64,000 bases of DNA from Anaerolineae bacterium (lineage in GTDB: Bacteria; Chloroflexota; Anaerolineae; UBA1429). The notes under the pieces are model-generated. The model saw nothing but the letters and a program-made list of their open reading frames with translations. It made no database searches and was not told the DNA's origin. Each line of letters starts with the position of its first letter. Within the stretch, counting starts at the first letter, position 1. Where the stretch lies: the NCBI GenBank assembly GCA_963675785.1, contig OY776562.1:736001-800000 (forward strand). The letters run 5' to 3'. Shown here in pieces: positions 1-8,506 of the stretch. Position numbers and translations under genes: made by a program.

Positions 1-1308
1 ATCAGCTATGCTCGTGAGCAGGTGGACGTCATCAAAGAGTTCTCGATTGCTCCCATTACCACCAATCTCATGGGGATCGGGTTCGATACCATCGATTATC
101 ATCGCCTGGCTCAGGATCTTGATCTAGTCTCTTGGGATAACTATCCCAGCTTTGCTGGTGGCACACCTTCTCGTGTGTCCTTTTCCCATGATCTCATGCG
201 TGGCCTCAAAGGGCAGCCTTTCTGGGTGATGGAGGAGCAGTCGGGTCCGGCGGGTGGTGCGGTGGCTACGCCCACGCCCATGCCCGGCCAAATTCGCCTT
301 TGGTCTTATCAAGCCATGGCTCATGGCGCCGATGGTATTGTCTATTTCCGCTGGCGCACCTGTTCTTTCAACAGCGAGGAATATTGGCACGGCATTCTCG
401 ATCATCATGGCGAGCCTGACCGACGCTATCGCGAGGTGCAAGCCATGGGAGAGGAAGTAGAGCGGCTTGGAGCGCGTTTAGAGGGGGCTGCCTCGCCTCG
501 TTCGGTGGCTCTGCTCTATAGTTATCCCGATGGGTGGGCGGTCACCCTGCAACCTACGGCCGAGGGATTGAGCTACAGTGGATTGATGCTAGCTTATTAC
601 AATGCGTTGCGCACCGCTGGCGCTTCGGTAGACATCATCTCGCCCTGGGACGAACTGGACGGTTACGAGTTGGTGGTGGCCCCCATGCTCCATGTGGTCA
701 CGCCAGAGCTTGTCGATCATCTGGCGGCCTATGTCGAGGCTGGCGGTAGTCTCTATCTTGGCACGCGTAGCGGTGTCAAGGATGCCTCCAATCGTGTGGT
801 CACGCAGCGTTTGCCGGGATTGCTGGCACCTTTGGTGGGGGCCACTGTGGCCGAATATGACCCTATCGGTGCGGGTCAGACGCGCCAGTTCATGTTGCGT
901 GGCGCGCACGAGGTGCAAACTTGTACGTTGTGGGTGGATGTTCTTAGGCCCACTATCGCCGAGACGATAGCTACCTATGCCTCTGGTTACTATGCTGGTG
1001 AAACCGCCCTTTGTCGCAATCGTGTGAAGCAGGGACAAGTGTGGTATTGTGGCACCATCCCCGAAGAGGCGTCGCTGGCCATGCTCATGGGGTGGCTCTT
1101 GGGTGAGCTTGGGGTCGAGCTGCATCCCATGCCCAAGGGTATCGAACGGGTGGTGCGTCTGCAGGGCGGGTGCCAGCAGGTGTATTATCTTAACCACACG
1201 TCCGAGGCAGTGACGTTGGTTGGGGCGGGTACTGACCTGCTGTCGGGTGCTGTGAACACCATCACCCTCGAACCGTTTGGCGTAGCAATTACAGAGAAAG
1301 AATCATGA
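1..1308 (+). CDS. Beta-galactosidase, GH42 family (5'-truncated by the window edge)
   Basis: GH42 motifs SWDNYP, FWVMEEQSG, AHGADGIVYFRWR and EEYWHG, followed by a trimerisation-domain-like region. The frame is open to position 1. Confidence 0.93.
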   Translation: MSYAREQVDVIKEFSIAPITTNLMGIGFDTIDYHRLAQDLDLVSWDNYPSFAGGTPSRVSFSHDLMRGLKGQPFWVMEEQSGPAGGAVATPTPMPGQIRLWSYQAMAHGADGIVYFRWRTCSFNSEEYWHGILDHHGEPDRRYREVQAMGEEVERLGARLEGAASPRSVALLYSYPDGWAVTLQPTAEGLSYSGLMLAYYNALRTAGASVDIISPWDELDGYELVVAPMLHVVTPELVDHLAAYVEAGGSLYLGTRSGVKDASNRVVTQRLPGLLAPLVGATVAEYDPIGAGQTRQFMLRGAHEVQTCTLWVDVLRPTIAETIATYASGYYAGETALCRNRVKQGQVWYCGTIPEEASLAMLMGWLLGELGVELHPMPKGIERVVRLQGGCQQVYYLNHTSEAVTLVGAGTDLLSGAVNTITLEPFGVAITEKES

Positions 1309-2222
1309 CAGAATTTTTGATGTCCCTTTTGCCCTGGGGTGCTCAGGCCGTGGCCTCTGTTCAAGGGGCGCTCTATGATCTCTGCCCCTGGCTGTGGATT
1401 GCTATCACGCGCCTGGGCAATGAAGTGGCCTATATTGTGTTTATCGCCCTGATCTTTTGGTGCATTGACCGCAAGACGGGCACCAAGGTGGCTCTGGCTT
1501 TTACCATCAGTGCCTTGCTGAACACCATTCTCAAGAGCGTGTTCACTATCCCGCGTCCCTTTGTCTATGATTCGACGCTGACACCCGGCCTTTATTATAG
1601 CGGCTATTCATTCCCCAGCGGCCATGCCCAATTGGCCTCAGCGGTCTGGTTGACCTTTGCTCTCTCGGTGCGCAAGCGCTGGGTCACCTGGGTCACGTTG
1701 GCTTTTACGCTGCTCATTGGGCTGTCTCGCGTGGTGTTGGCCGTACATTATCCGCAAGATGTGCTCATAGGATTGCTGTTAGGCTGGGTCGTTGCCCTGT
1801 GGGTTGTGCATATGCGCCTCGACGTTGCTCCGACCGGCAAAACGCGTCTGGTTTGGCCCATCGTGCTGTTAATCGTTGGGTTGGTGTCTGCCATTGTGCT
1901 GGGCGAGAGTGCGGCCATCATCGCCGCTGGGCTAGGAGGTCTTTGGGCAGGCTATTTGATGCAGCCGGCACTGGTTATCTCGGGTGAGAATAGCGAATTG
2001 GGCCCGCGCCTCTTGCGCGGGTTGATTGCTCTGACGCTGCTGGGACTGGTTTGGCTGCTGCACCTGGCCCTCATCACTTGGACGACAGGCACTTTGCAAG
2101 AAATATTGCTCGCATTGACTTATGCGCTGATGGGTTTTGCCCTGACAGGTCTGCTGGGGCGTGTGTATCTACGGCTTGGCTTGGCTGCGCTTGGGAAGGA
2201 TTCCGGAACGGTTTCGGTTTGA
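1305..2222 (+). CDS. PAP2-family membrane phosphatase
   Basis: PAP2 motifs K-x6-RP (KSVFTIPRP), SFPSGHA and SRVVLAVHYPQDV; many transmembrane segments; ATGA overlap with the upstream gene. Confidence 0.9.
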   Translation: MTEFLMSLLPWGAQAVASVQGALYDLCPWLWIAITRLGNEVAYIVFIALIFWCIDRKTGTKVALAFTISALLNTILKSVFTIPRPFVYDSTLTPGLYYSGYSFPSGHAQLASAVWLTFALSVRKRWVTWVTLAFTLLIGLSRVVLAVHYPQDVLIGLLLGWVVALWVVHMRLDVAPTGKTRLVWPIVLLIVGLVSAIVLGESAAIIAAGLGGLWAGYLMQPALVISGENSELGPRLLRGLIALTLLGLVWLLHLALITWTTGTLQEILLALTYALMGFALTGLLGRVYLRLGLAALGKDSGTVSV

Positions 2223-2251
2223 GCTGCGTCCAACGTTCGGGCGATTGATGA

Positions 2252-2280
2252 TTGGCTGCCTCCCTGCTCGGTGTTATAAT
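2252..2280 (+). promoter_or_regulatory. Sigma70-type promoter upstream of rfbD
   Basis: TTGGCT, 17-bp spacer, perfect TATAAT with an extended -10 TG (TGtTATAAT). Confidence 0.65.
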
Positions 2281-2336
2281 GGCGGCTGCCCTGAATGTAC
2301 GAGATTGCGCTTATACCAGAGGGGAATGTACGGACT

Positions 2337-3170
2337 ATGCGAATTGCAATTACGGGCGCCAAAGGACAGCTAGGCCATGCACTGCAAGCGGTATTGATCA
2401 ACGATGACCTGCTGCTGCTCGATCTACCCGAATATGACATAACGAATCTGGACGCCATTGTCTCCACTCTCACCGATTTTGGCCCCGAGGTCATCATTCA
2501 TGGTGCGGCCATAACCAATGTGGATGGCTGTGAGGCCGATCGCGATCTTGCTTTCCGTGTTAACGTGGTGGGCACACGCAATATCGCCGTGGCAGCCCAA
2601 CAGGTAGCCGCTTCCTTGGTCTATATCAGTACCGATTACGTTTTCCCCGGTCGCGATGAACCCTATGGCGAGTACGACGCCTGCCAGCCCCTCAGCTATT
2701 ACGGCCTCACCAAATGGTACGGCGAACAAATAGTCCGTGATCTTTGCTCGCGCTTTTACATCGCACGTACGGCTTGGCTTTATGGCGATAGCCCCCGCAA
2801 CTTTTGCGAGACGGTGCTGCGCCTTGCCGCCGAGCGTGACCATATCTCCATGGTCACCGATGAGGTCGGTTCACCCACCCATGCCATGGATTTGGCCGCC
2901 GCCTTGGACAGGCTCATCCGTATGCCTGCCTATGGCATCTACCAGTTCTCCAGCGAGGGCACGTGCTCTCGCTATGAGTGGGCTCAAGAGATTCTCAAGC
3001 TAGCTGGCGTCGAGGGCTATGATCTGCGTCCTTCATCCAATTATCAGCGGGCGGCACGCGTGCCTACTCATGTGGATATGCTGAATCAGATGGGTGCGGC
3101 GGTGGGCATCGAGATGCCCGATTGGCGCCAGGCCCTGGTTAACTATTTCGCTTGGAGGGCTGCCCGTTGA
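2337..3170 (+). CDS. rfbD: dTDP-4-dehydrorhamnose reductase
   Basis: ITGAKGQLG, ISTDYVF, YGLTK and GSPT motifs. Start reassigned to the ATG at 2337 (MRIAITG). Confidence 0.93.
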   Translation: MRIAITGAKGQLGHALQAVLINDDLLLLDLPEYDITNLDAIVSTLTDFGPEVIIHGAAITNVDGCEADRDLAFRVNVVGTRNIAVAAQQVAASLVYISTDYVFPGRDEPYGEYDACQPLSYYGLTKWYGEQIVRDLCSRFYIARTAWLYGDSPRNFCETVLRLAAERDHISMVTDEVGSPTHAMDLAAALDRLIRMPAYGIYQFSSEGTCSRYEWAQEILKLAGVEGYDLRPSSNYQRAARVPTHVDMLNQMGAAVGIEMPDWRQALVNYFAWRAAR

Positions 3171-4117
3171 GCCAGAGGGCCCTGAAAGCCTCCGTCATCA
3201 TCCCTAACTGGAATGGGCTCGCTCTCCTTCGCCCTTGCCTCGATACCCTGCGCCAGCAGACGCTGGATGCTTATGAGGTCATTGTGGTGGATAACGCCTC
3301 CAGCGATGACTCTGTGGCGGTGCTCCAACGCGATTACCCCGAGGTGCGTACCATTGCCTTGAGCGAAAACCTCGGCTATTCGGGGGGTTGTAATGCCGGT
3401 ATCCGTGCGGCCCGTGGTGAGATCGTGGTGCTCCTCAATAACGATATCGAAGCCGAACCCGATTGGCTGGCCGAGTTGGTGGCCGCGCTCGATCGCCACC
3501 CTGAGGCGGGCTTTGCCGCCTCTCGCATGATGATCCACACTGATCGTCAACGTCTCAACGCCGCCGGCGACATCTATCGGCGTAACGGCACACCCGATTC
3601 GCGCGGCGTGCGCGAGCTCTACGGCTCGCCGTATGATGAAGAAGTGCTGGTATTTGGTGCTTGCGGTGGGGCGGCGGCCTATCGTGCATCCATGCTGGAG
3701 GATATCGGTCTCCTCGATGAGCGTTTTTTCATGTATTGTGAGGATGTCGATCTGAGTTGGCGCGCTCAGTTGGCCGGTTATCGCTGTGTGTATGCACCCA
3801 AGGCAGTCGTCTACCATCATATGAGTGCTACCGGTGGGGGGGCGCTTTCCAGTTATTATGTGGGGCGGAACACCCTTTGGGTGATCGCCCTCAATTATCC
3901 CGGCAAGTTGCTGCGGCATAACCTGGGCGCCATCTGCGGCGAACAGTGGCATATCTCATCGGACGCTCTCAAAGCCTGGCGCGGCGCGTCGGCGCGGGCT
4001 CGCCTGCGTGGTCAGTTTGTCGGTTTCTTTACCCAATTACGCTGGTGCGCTGAGAGACGCCGACGTTTGCGTTCTCGCCGCGTTGATGATGCCTATATCG
4101 CCAGTATCTTGGATTAA
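3167..4117 (+). CDS. GT2-family glycosyltransferase (rhamnosyltransferase-like)
   Basis: SVIIPNWNG, VVDNASSD, LLNND and FFMYCEDVDL motifs. A TTG start with a GGAGG RBS overlaps the rfbD stop. Confidence 0.88.
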   Translation: MSQRALKASVIIPNWNGLALLRPCLDTLRQQTLDAYEVIVVDNASSDDSVAVLQRDYPEVRTIALSENLGYSGGCNAGIRAARGEIVVLLNNDIEAEPDWLAELVAALDRHPEAGFAASRMMIHTDRQRLNAAGDIYRRNGTPDSRGVRELYGSPYDEEVLVFGACGGAAAYRASMLEDIGLLDERFFMYCEDVDLSWRAQLAGYRCVYAPKAVVYHHMSATGGGALSSYYVGRNTLWVIALNYPGKLLRHNLGAICGEQWHISSDALKAWRGASARARLRGQFVGFFTQLRWCAERRRRLRSRRVDDAYIASILD

Positions 4118-4136
4118 GGCCCAAATAGGAGAGTAG

Positions 4137-4916
4137 ATGGATTCTCCCTATCTTTCAATCGTTGTGCCCTGCTACAACGAATCCGCCAATCTGGCGCGTG
4201 GCGTGCTGCAAGAGATGCAAAACTATCTGGATGGGCAATCGTGGCATTATGAGGTCATCATCTCCGATGATGGCAGCGCCGACGACAGCCTGGCGCGTGT
4301 TCGCGCCTTTGCAGCAGAGCATCCCGCCTTTCGTATCGTGGAGAACCCTCATGGCGGCAAGCCCTCGGCGGTGTGGGGAGGTATTCGCGCCGCCCGTGGT
4401 GAGCTGATCCTCTTTACCGACATGGATCAATCGACGCCGCTGAGCGAGTTGGACAAGCTGCTGCCCCTCTTCAACCAAGGCTACGACGTGGTCATTGGCT
4501 CGCGCGGCCTAGGGCGAGAGAATTTCCCCTTTTACCGCCGGCTGGGCTCGGCCGTGTTTGCTGGCTTTCGGCGGCTCATGCTGCTGCGCAACATCAAGGA
4601 TACACAGTGTGGGTTCAAAGCTATGCGTACCGAGATTGCCCGGCAACTCTTTCCGTACCTCACCGAGATCAAACGTACTGGCGAGATCAAGGGGCGCCGT
4701 GTTACTGCTTTCGATGTCGAACTGCTCTTTTTGGCCGAGTTTGCCGGCTATCGCGTGGGCGAAGTTGGCGTCGAGTGGGTCAATCGCGATGTGGTCAAGG
4801 GGGGTATTTCTACCTATTTCCGTGAATCGGGTGAGATGGCTGGCCAAATCTTTCATATCAAGTGGAAGCAGCTTCGCGGTGACTATGCCGAGGTCAGGGG
4901 TACGGCACATAGTTGA
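4137..4916 (+). CDS. GT2 polyprenol/dolichyl-phosphate glycosyltransferase
   Basis: LSIVVPCYNE, DDGSAD, FTDMDQST, GSR, DTQCGFK and FDVELL motifs; AGGAG RBS. Confidence 0.88.
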   Translation: MDSPYLSIVVPCYNESANLARGVLQEMQNYLDGQSWHYEVIISDDGSADDSLARVRAFAAEHPAFRIVENPHGGKPSAVWGGIRAARGELILFTDMDQSTPLSELDKLLPLFNQGYDVVIGSRGLGRENFPFYRRLGSAVFAGFRRLMLLRNIKDTQCGFKAMRTEIARQLFPYLTEIKRTGEIKGRRVTAFDVELLFLAEFAGYRVGEVGVEWVNRDVVKGGISTYFRESGEMAGQIFHIKWKQLRGDYAEVRGTAHS

Positions 4917-4941
4917 CGATATACCTTTGAAGCTATAACAT
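4913..4941 (+). promoter_or_regulatory. Promoter for the metG leader
   Basis: TTGACG (4913-4918), 17-bp spacer, TAACAT (4936-4941). Confidence 0.55.
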
Positions 4942-4968
4942 AGTGAAATAGACTAGCAGGAGCAACGC

Positions 4969-5091
4969 ATGTACGCACGATATATCAGCATACAGTGTTT
5001 GGGCCGCAAACATCGCGGTCCGTTTGGCGTTGCCTATTCTCTCCGCGATTACCGCGCCGCCAAGGGCCGTATGGGGGGCTCCCCCCGATAA
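4969..5091 (+). CDS. Putative 40-aa leader peptide upstream of metG (absent from the ORF track)
   Basis: AGGAG RBS, then ATG ... TAA encoding MYARYISIQCLGRKHRGPFGVAYSLRDYRAAKGRMGGSPR; overlaps GC-rich hairpins. Confidence 0.45.
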   Translation: MYARYISIQCLGRKHRGPFGVAYSLRDYRAAKGRMGGSPR

Positions 5092-5180
5092 ATCTTCTCT
5101 TGATCTGTTCCTAACCTCGATGTTTCATGCAACTACTTGACGACAGAATCATTCAGCCTAGAGCTGCTTTGGAGAATAAA

Positions 5181-6920
5181 ATGAACGAGAGAATTCTTGT
5201 TGGCGTGGCTTGGCCTTATGCCAACTCACCCCTGCACTTGGGCCATTTGGCCGGAGCATATATTCCCCCCGATATTTTTGCGCGCTACCACCGCCTGCGC
5301 GGTGACAAGGTGCTCATGGTTTCGGGTTCTGATACTCACGGCACGCCTATTACTGTCACGGCGGAAAAAGAAGGCGTCGAGCCCATTGATGTCGTTAACA
5401 AGTACCACGCCAGCTTTGTCGAATCCCTCAAGGGGCTTGGTATTGCTTTCGATCTGTTCACCCATACCGACACCGAAAATCATTACGCCGTAACGACCGA
5501 TTTTTTCCTGACGCTCCTCGAGAAAAAATACATCTACAAAGAGGCTATGACCTCTCTCTATTGCGAGACCTGCGAGCGCTTTTTGCCCGATCGCTATGTA
5601 GAGGGTACTTGTCCCCATTGCCACTTTGAAGATGCTCGTGGTGATCAGTGCGATAACTGTGGCAAGCCGTTGGATGCCTTGGAACTCATCAACCCACATT
5701 GCAAGTTTTGCGGCGGTACGCCAGTGCCCCGCGAGACTGAGCACTTTTTCCTTGACTTGGCTCAGTTCAACGAACCGCTCAAAGAGTGGGCAGGTGACAA
5801 GGATTATTGGCGAGCCAACGTGCGCAATTTCACGTTCAATCTGCTTAACGAGGGCCTCCATGGCCGTGCGATCTCACGCGATATGAGTTGGGGTATCCCT
5901 GTGCCCGTCGAGGGTTATGAAGACAAGTGTATCTATGTCTGGTTCGATGCTGTCATCGGTTATCTCTCTGCTGCCAAGGAATGGTCGGTGGCTCAGGGCA
6001 CGCCCGAGGCTTGGCACGACTGGTGGGATGCTGACGCCGATGTTCGTACCTACAATTTCATCGGTAAGGACAACATCGTCTTTCACACGCTCATCTGGCC
6101 GGCCATGCTTATGGGTTATGGTGGATTGCAGTTGCCCTACGATGTGCCGGCTAACGAGTATCTCACCCTGGAAGGGCGCAAAATCTCTTCTAGCCGCAAT
6201 TGGGCTGTATGGGCGCCGGACTATTTGGAGCGCTATGATCCCGATCCGCTGCGCTATTGTCTGACGGTACATGCTCCAGAGGGCTCGGATTCGGACTTTT
6301 CCTGGCAGGATTTTCTGGATCGCAACAACAATGAATTGGTGGGCACCTGGGGTAACCTGGCTCACCGCATGTTGAGCTTTGCTTTCAAGAACTTTGGTTG
6401 CGTGCCCACACCCGGCGAATTGCTGCCTGAGGATCTAGAGATCATCCAAACGATAGAAAGCGCCTTTGGCCCGGTGGCCGAGGATTTGGAAGCTTGCCGC
6501 TTCCGCGTGGCTCTGATGAAGGTTATGGCCGTGGCTCGCAGTGCCAACCAGTATCTGGATGCGGCTGCGCCCTGGAAGGCCCTCAAGACCGACCGCGAAC
6601 GCGCGGCGACAGTCACTTTTGTGGCGCTCAAAGTCATCGATTCGCTCAAGATCCTCTTTGCGCCTTTCTTGCCGTTCTCTTCGCAGCAGCTTCATGAGAC
6701 CTTTGGCTACCAAGCCAACCTTTTTGGCGTTCAAGAAGTGGTCGTACACGAGGAAGAGACCCGCTCGCATACGGCCCTCACTTATCATTATGATCTAGAG
6801 GGCGATAGTTGGGTGCCTAGCGACTTGCAGCCGGGCCACGAGCTCAGCAAACCTGAACCTCTGTTTACCAAACTCGACCCAGAAATTGTTGAGGAAGAGT
6901 TAAGCAGGCTCGGAGAATAG
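5181..6920 (+). CDS. metG: Methionyl-tRNA synthetase (short form, no C-terminal tRNA-binding domain)
   Basis: AWPYAN..HLGH (HIGH motif), SGSDTHG, CxxC knuckles, YVWFDA, FIGKDN and KISSS (KMSKS motif). GGAG RBS before the ATG at 5181. Confidence 0.97.
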   Translation: MNERILVGVAWPYANSPLHLGHLAGAYIPPDIFARYHRLRGDKVLMVSGSDTHGTPITVTAEKEGVEPIDVVNKYHASFVESLKGLGIAFDLFTHTDTENHYAVTTDFFLTLLEKKYIYKEAMTSLYCETCERFLPDRYVEGTCPHCHFEDARGDQCDNCGKPLDALELINPHCKFCGGTPVPRETEHFFLDLAQFNEPLKEWAGDKDYWRANVRNFTFNLLNEGLHGRAISRDMSWGIPVPVEGYEDKCIYVWFDAVIGYLSAAKEWSVAQGTPEAWHDWWDADADVRTYNFIGKDNIVFHTLIWPAMLMGYGGLQLPYDVPANEYLTLEGRKISSSRNWAVWAPDYLERYDPDPLRYCLTVHAPEGSDSDFSWQDFLDRNNNELVGTWGNLAHRMLSFAFKNFGCVPTPGELLPEDLEIIQTIESAFGPVAEDLEACRFRVALMKVMAVARSANQYLDAAAPWKALKTDRERAATVTFVALKVIDSLKILFAPFLPFSSQQLHETFGYQANLFGVQEVVVHEEETRSHTALTYHYDLEGDSWVPSDLQPGHELSKPEPLFTKLDPEIVEEELSRLGE

Positions 6921-6928
6921 CACTTGAT

Positions 6929-6959
6929 GGCCGTGCGGAGGAACCTTATCCGCACGGCC
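6929..6959. terminator. Hairpin after metG with no U-tract (weak terminator or RNA stabiliser)
   Basis: 11-bp inverted repeat GGCCGTGCGGA/TCCGCACGGCC. Confidence 0.45.
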
Positions 6960-6973
6960 TCGTCTATAGGAAT

Positions 6974-8485
6974 ATGGTGCAGAACAGATCCTATCCGCTC
7001 TCAAAGAACGCGCGATGGTTGCTGCTAGCAATCGTCGCGGTTTATGTGTTGCTAGGCTCTCTCTATGCAATCGAAACGCCTGCCTGGCAATCCCCTGATG
7101 AACCTGCGCATTACAACTATGTGGCCTATATCGCCACCACAGGTCAGCTCCCCGTGTTGCAACTGGGGGATTACCCTGCCGAATACCTGGAAGAGCTCAA
7201 GGCTGCTCGCTTTCCCGCAGAGTTGTCGGTGGACAGCATCCGCTACGAATCGCACCAACCGCCGCTTTATTACCTTGTCGCTTCGCCTGTCTTTCTCTTG
7301 GCGCGTGCTTTCGATCTGAACGAGCTCTTGGTCCTGCGGCTCTTTTCTGTCCTGCTCGAAAGTATTGCTCTGGCACTTGGCTATCTGGCTTTGTACACCC
7401 TGCTCAAGGGACGCACACTACTGACCACATTGGCTATGGGGCTGGTGGCTTTGATCCCCATGCATGTGGCCCTAACGGCTGCCGTCAATAGTGATGTCAT
7501 GGCTGAATTGATGATCGCCCTGGTCGCCTTTTACGTTATCCGTGGCCGTGGGAGCTGGTCGACTCGCCGTATTGTCGGCCTGGGGCTCTTGCTTGGTCTT
7601 TGTGCTCTTACCAAACTGCAAACCTACACGGCCGGCGCCTTTGCAGCTTTTGCTCTCTATGACGAGGCCACCGAGGGGTCTTTTAGGCTCAAGCATATCT
7701 CCAAGCGTTGGTGGGCCTGGTTTGCCTTGACCATCGTTGTGGCTTTGGCTGTGCTGGCGCCTTGGTTGGTGCACAACGGACTAACCTATGGCTGGAATGA
7801 TTTACTGGGTCTCCATCGCCACGATACTGTGGTATTGGGCCAGCTTACCACCGCCGACTATTTGGCGGCGAACGGTGGGTGGGCGTTGTTGAGAGCCTTT
7901 TGCACCACAACCTTTCATAGTTTTTGGGGCCAATTTGGTTGGATGGGCGTGGTGCTGGATCGGCGTATCTATCAGCTATTCGGGCTCTTTTGTCTTATTG
8001 CCCTGAGCGGCATGATTCTAGGCTGGCGGCGTAAACGGCGTGCGGGAACCCATTTCGATGGTTACGCGTTAGGATTACTGTCTGTATGGCTTCTGGTGAC
8101 CACGCTAGGTTATTTGTGGTGGAATCTCTCCTATGTACAACATCAGGGGCGCTATCTGTTTCCTGCACTGTTGCCCATTTGCGTCGGCCTGGCCTGGGGA
8201 TGGGAACAAGCACTTGTTGTAGTTGAAGAGACTCAGCGGCGCGGGGCCTATGGCAAAGTTATACAGGGGTTTATTTGCGGGGCCATTTCGGGCTTATTCT
8301 CTTGGCTAGCGAACGTTCTATCGCGCTTTGACATTGCCCTACTGGCTGGCTCGATGGTGGGGCTTCCCACATTGGCCTATCTTCGCCGTCGCCTGGGCGC
8401 GATGATCTGGGGAGTCGTTTGGGCGGGCTTGGCACTGCTCGATATCTATATTCTCTATCGGCAAATACTGCCGGCGTTGATCTGA
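6974..8485 (+). CDS. GT-C-fold multipass membrane glycosyltransferase (DUF2142/GT39-like)
   Basis: PDEPAH motif after the first TM helix, HQPPLYY, QGRYLFP, and more than 10 TM segments. Confidence 0.75.
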   Translation: MVQNRSYPLSKNARWLLLAIVAVYVLLGSLYAIETPAWQSPDEPAHYNYVAYIATTGQLPVLQLGDYPAEYLEELKAARFPAELSVDSIRYESHQPPLYYLVASPVFLLARAFDLNELLVLRLFSVLLESIALALGYLALYTLLKGRTLLTTLAMGLVALIPMHVALTAAVNSDVMAELMIALVAFYVIRGRGSWSTRRIVGLGLLLGLCALTKLQTYTAGAFAAFALYDEATEGSFRLKHISKRWWAWFALTIVVALAVLAPWLVHNGLTYGWNDLLGLHRHDTVVLGQLTTADYLAANGGWALLRAFCTTTFHSFWGQFGWMGVVLDRRIYQLFGLFCLIALSGMILGWRRKRRAGTHFDGYALGLLSVWLLVTTLGYLWWNLSYVQHQGRYLFPALLPICVGLAWGWEQALVVVEETQRRGAYGKVIQGFICGAISGLFSWLANVLSRFDIALLAGSMVGLPTLAYLRRRLGAMIWGVVWAGLALLDIYILYRQILPALI

Positions 8486-8506
8486 GGTTGAGGTTGTTTT
8501 AGCAGG

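Noticed and set aside
4980-5106. SAM-I riboswitch or T-box upstream of metG
   Set aside because: ATCAAGAG occurs only on the antisense strand without the rest of the SAM-I core, and no T-box antiterminator motif is present.
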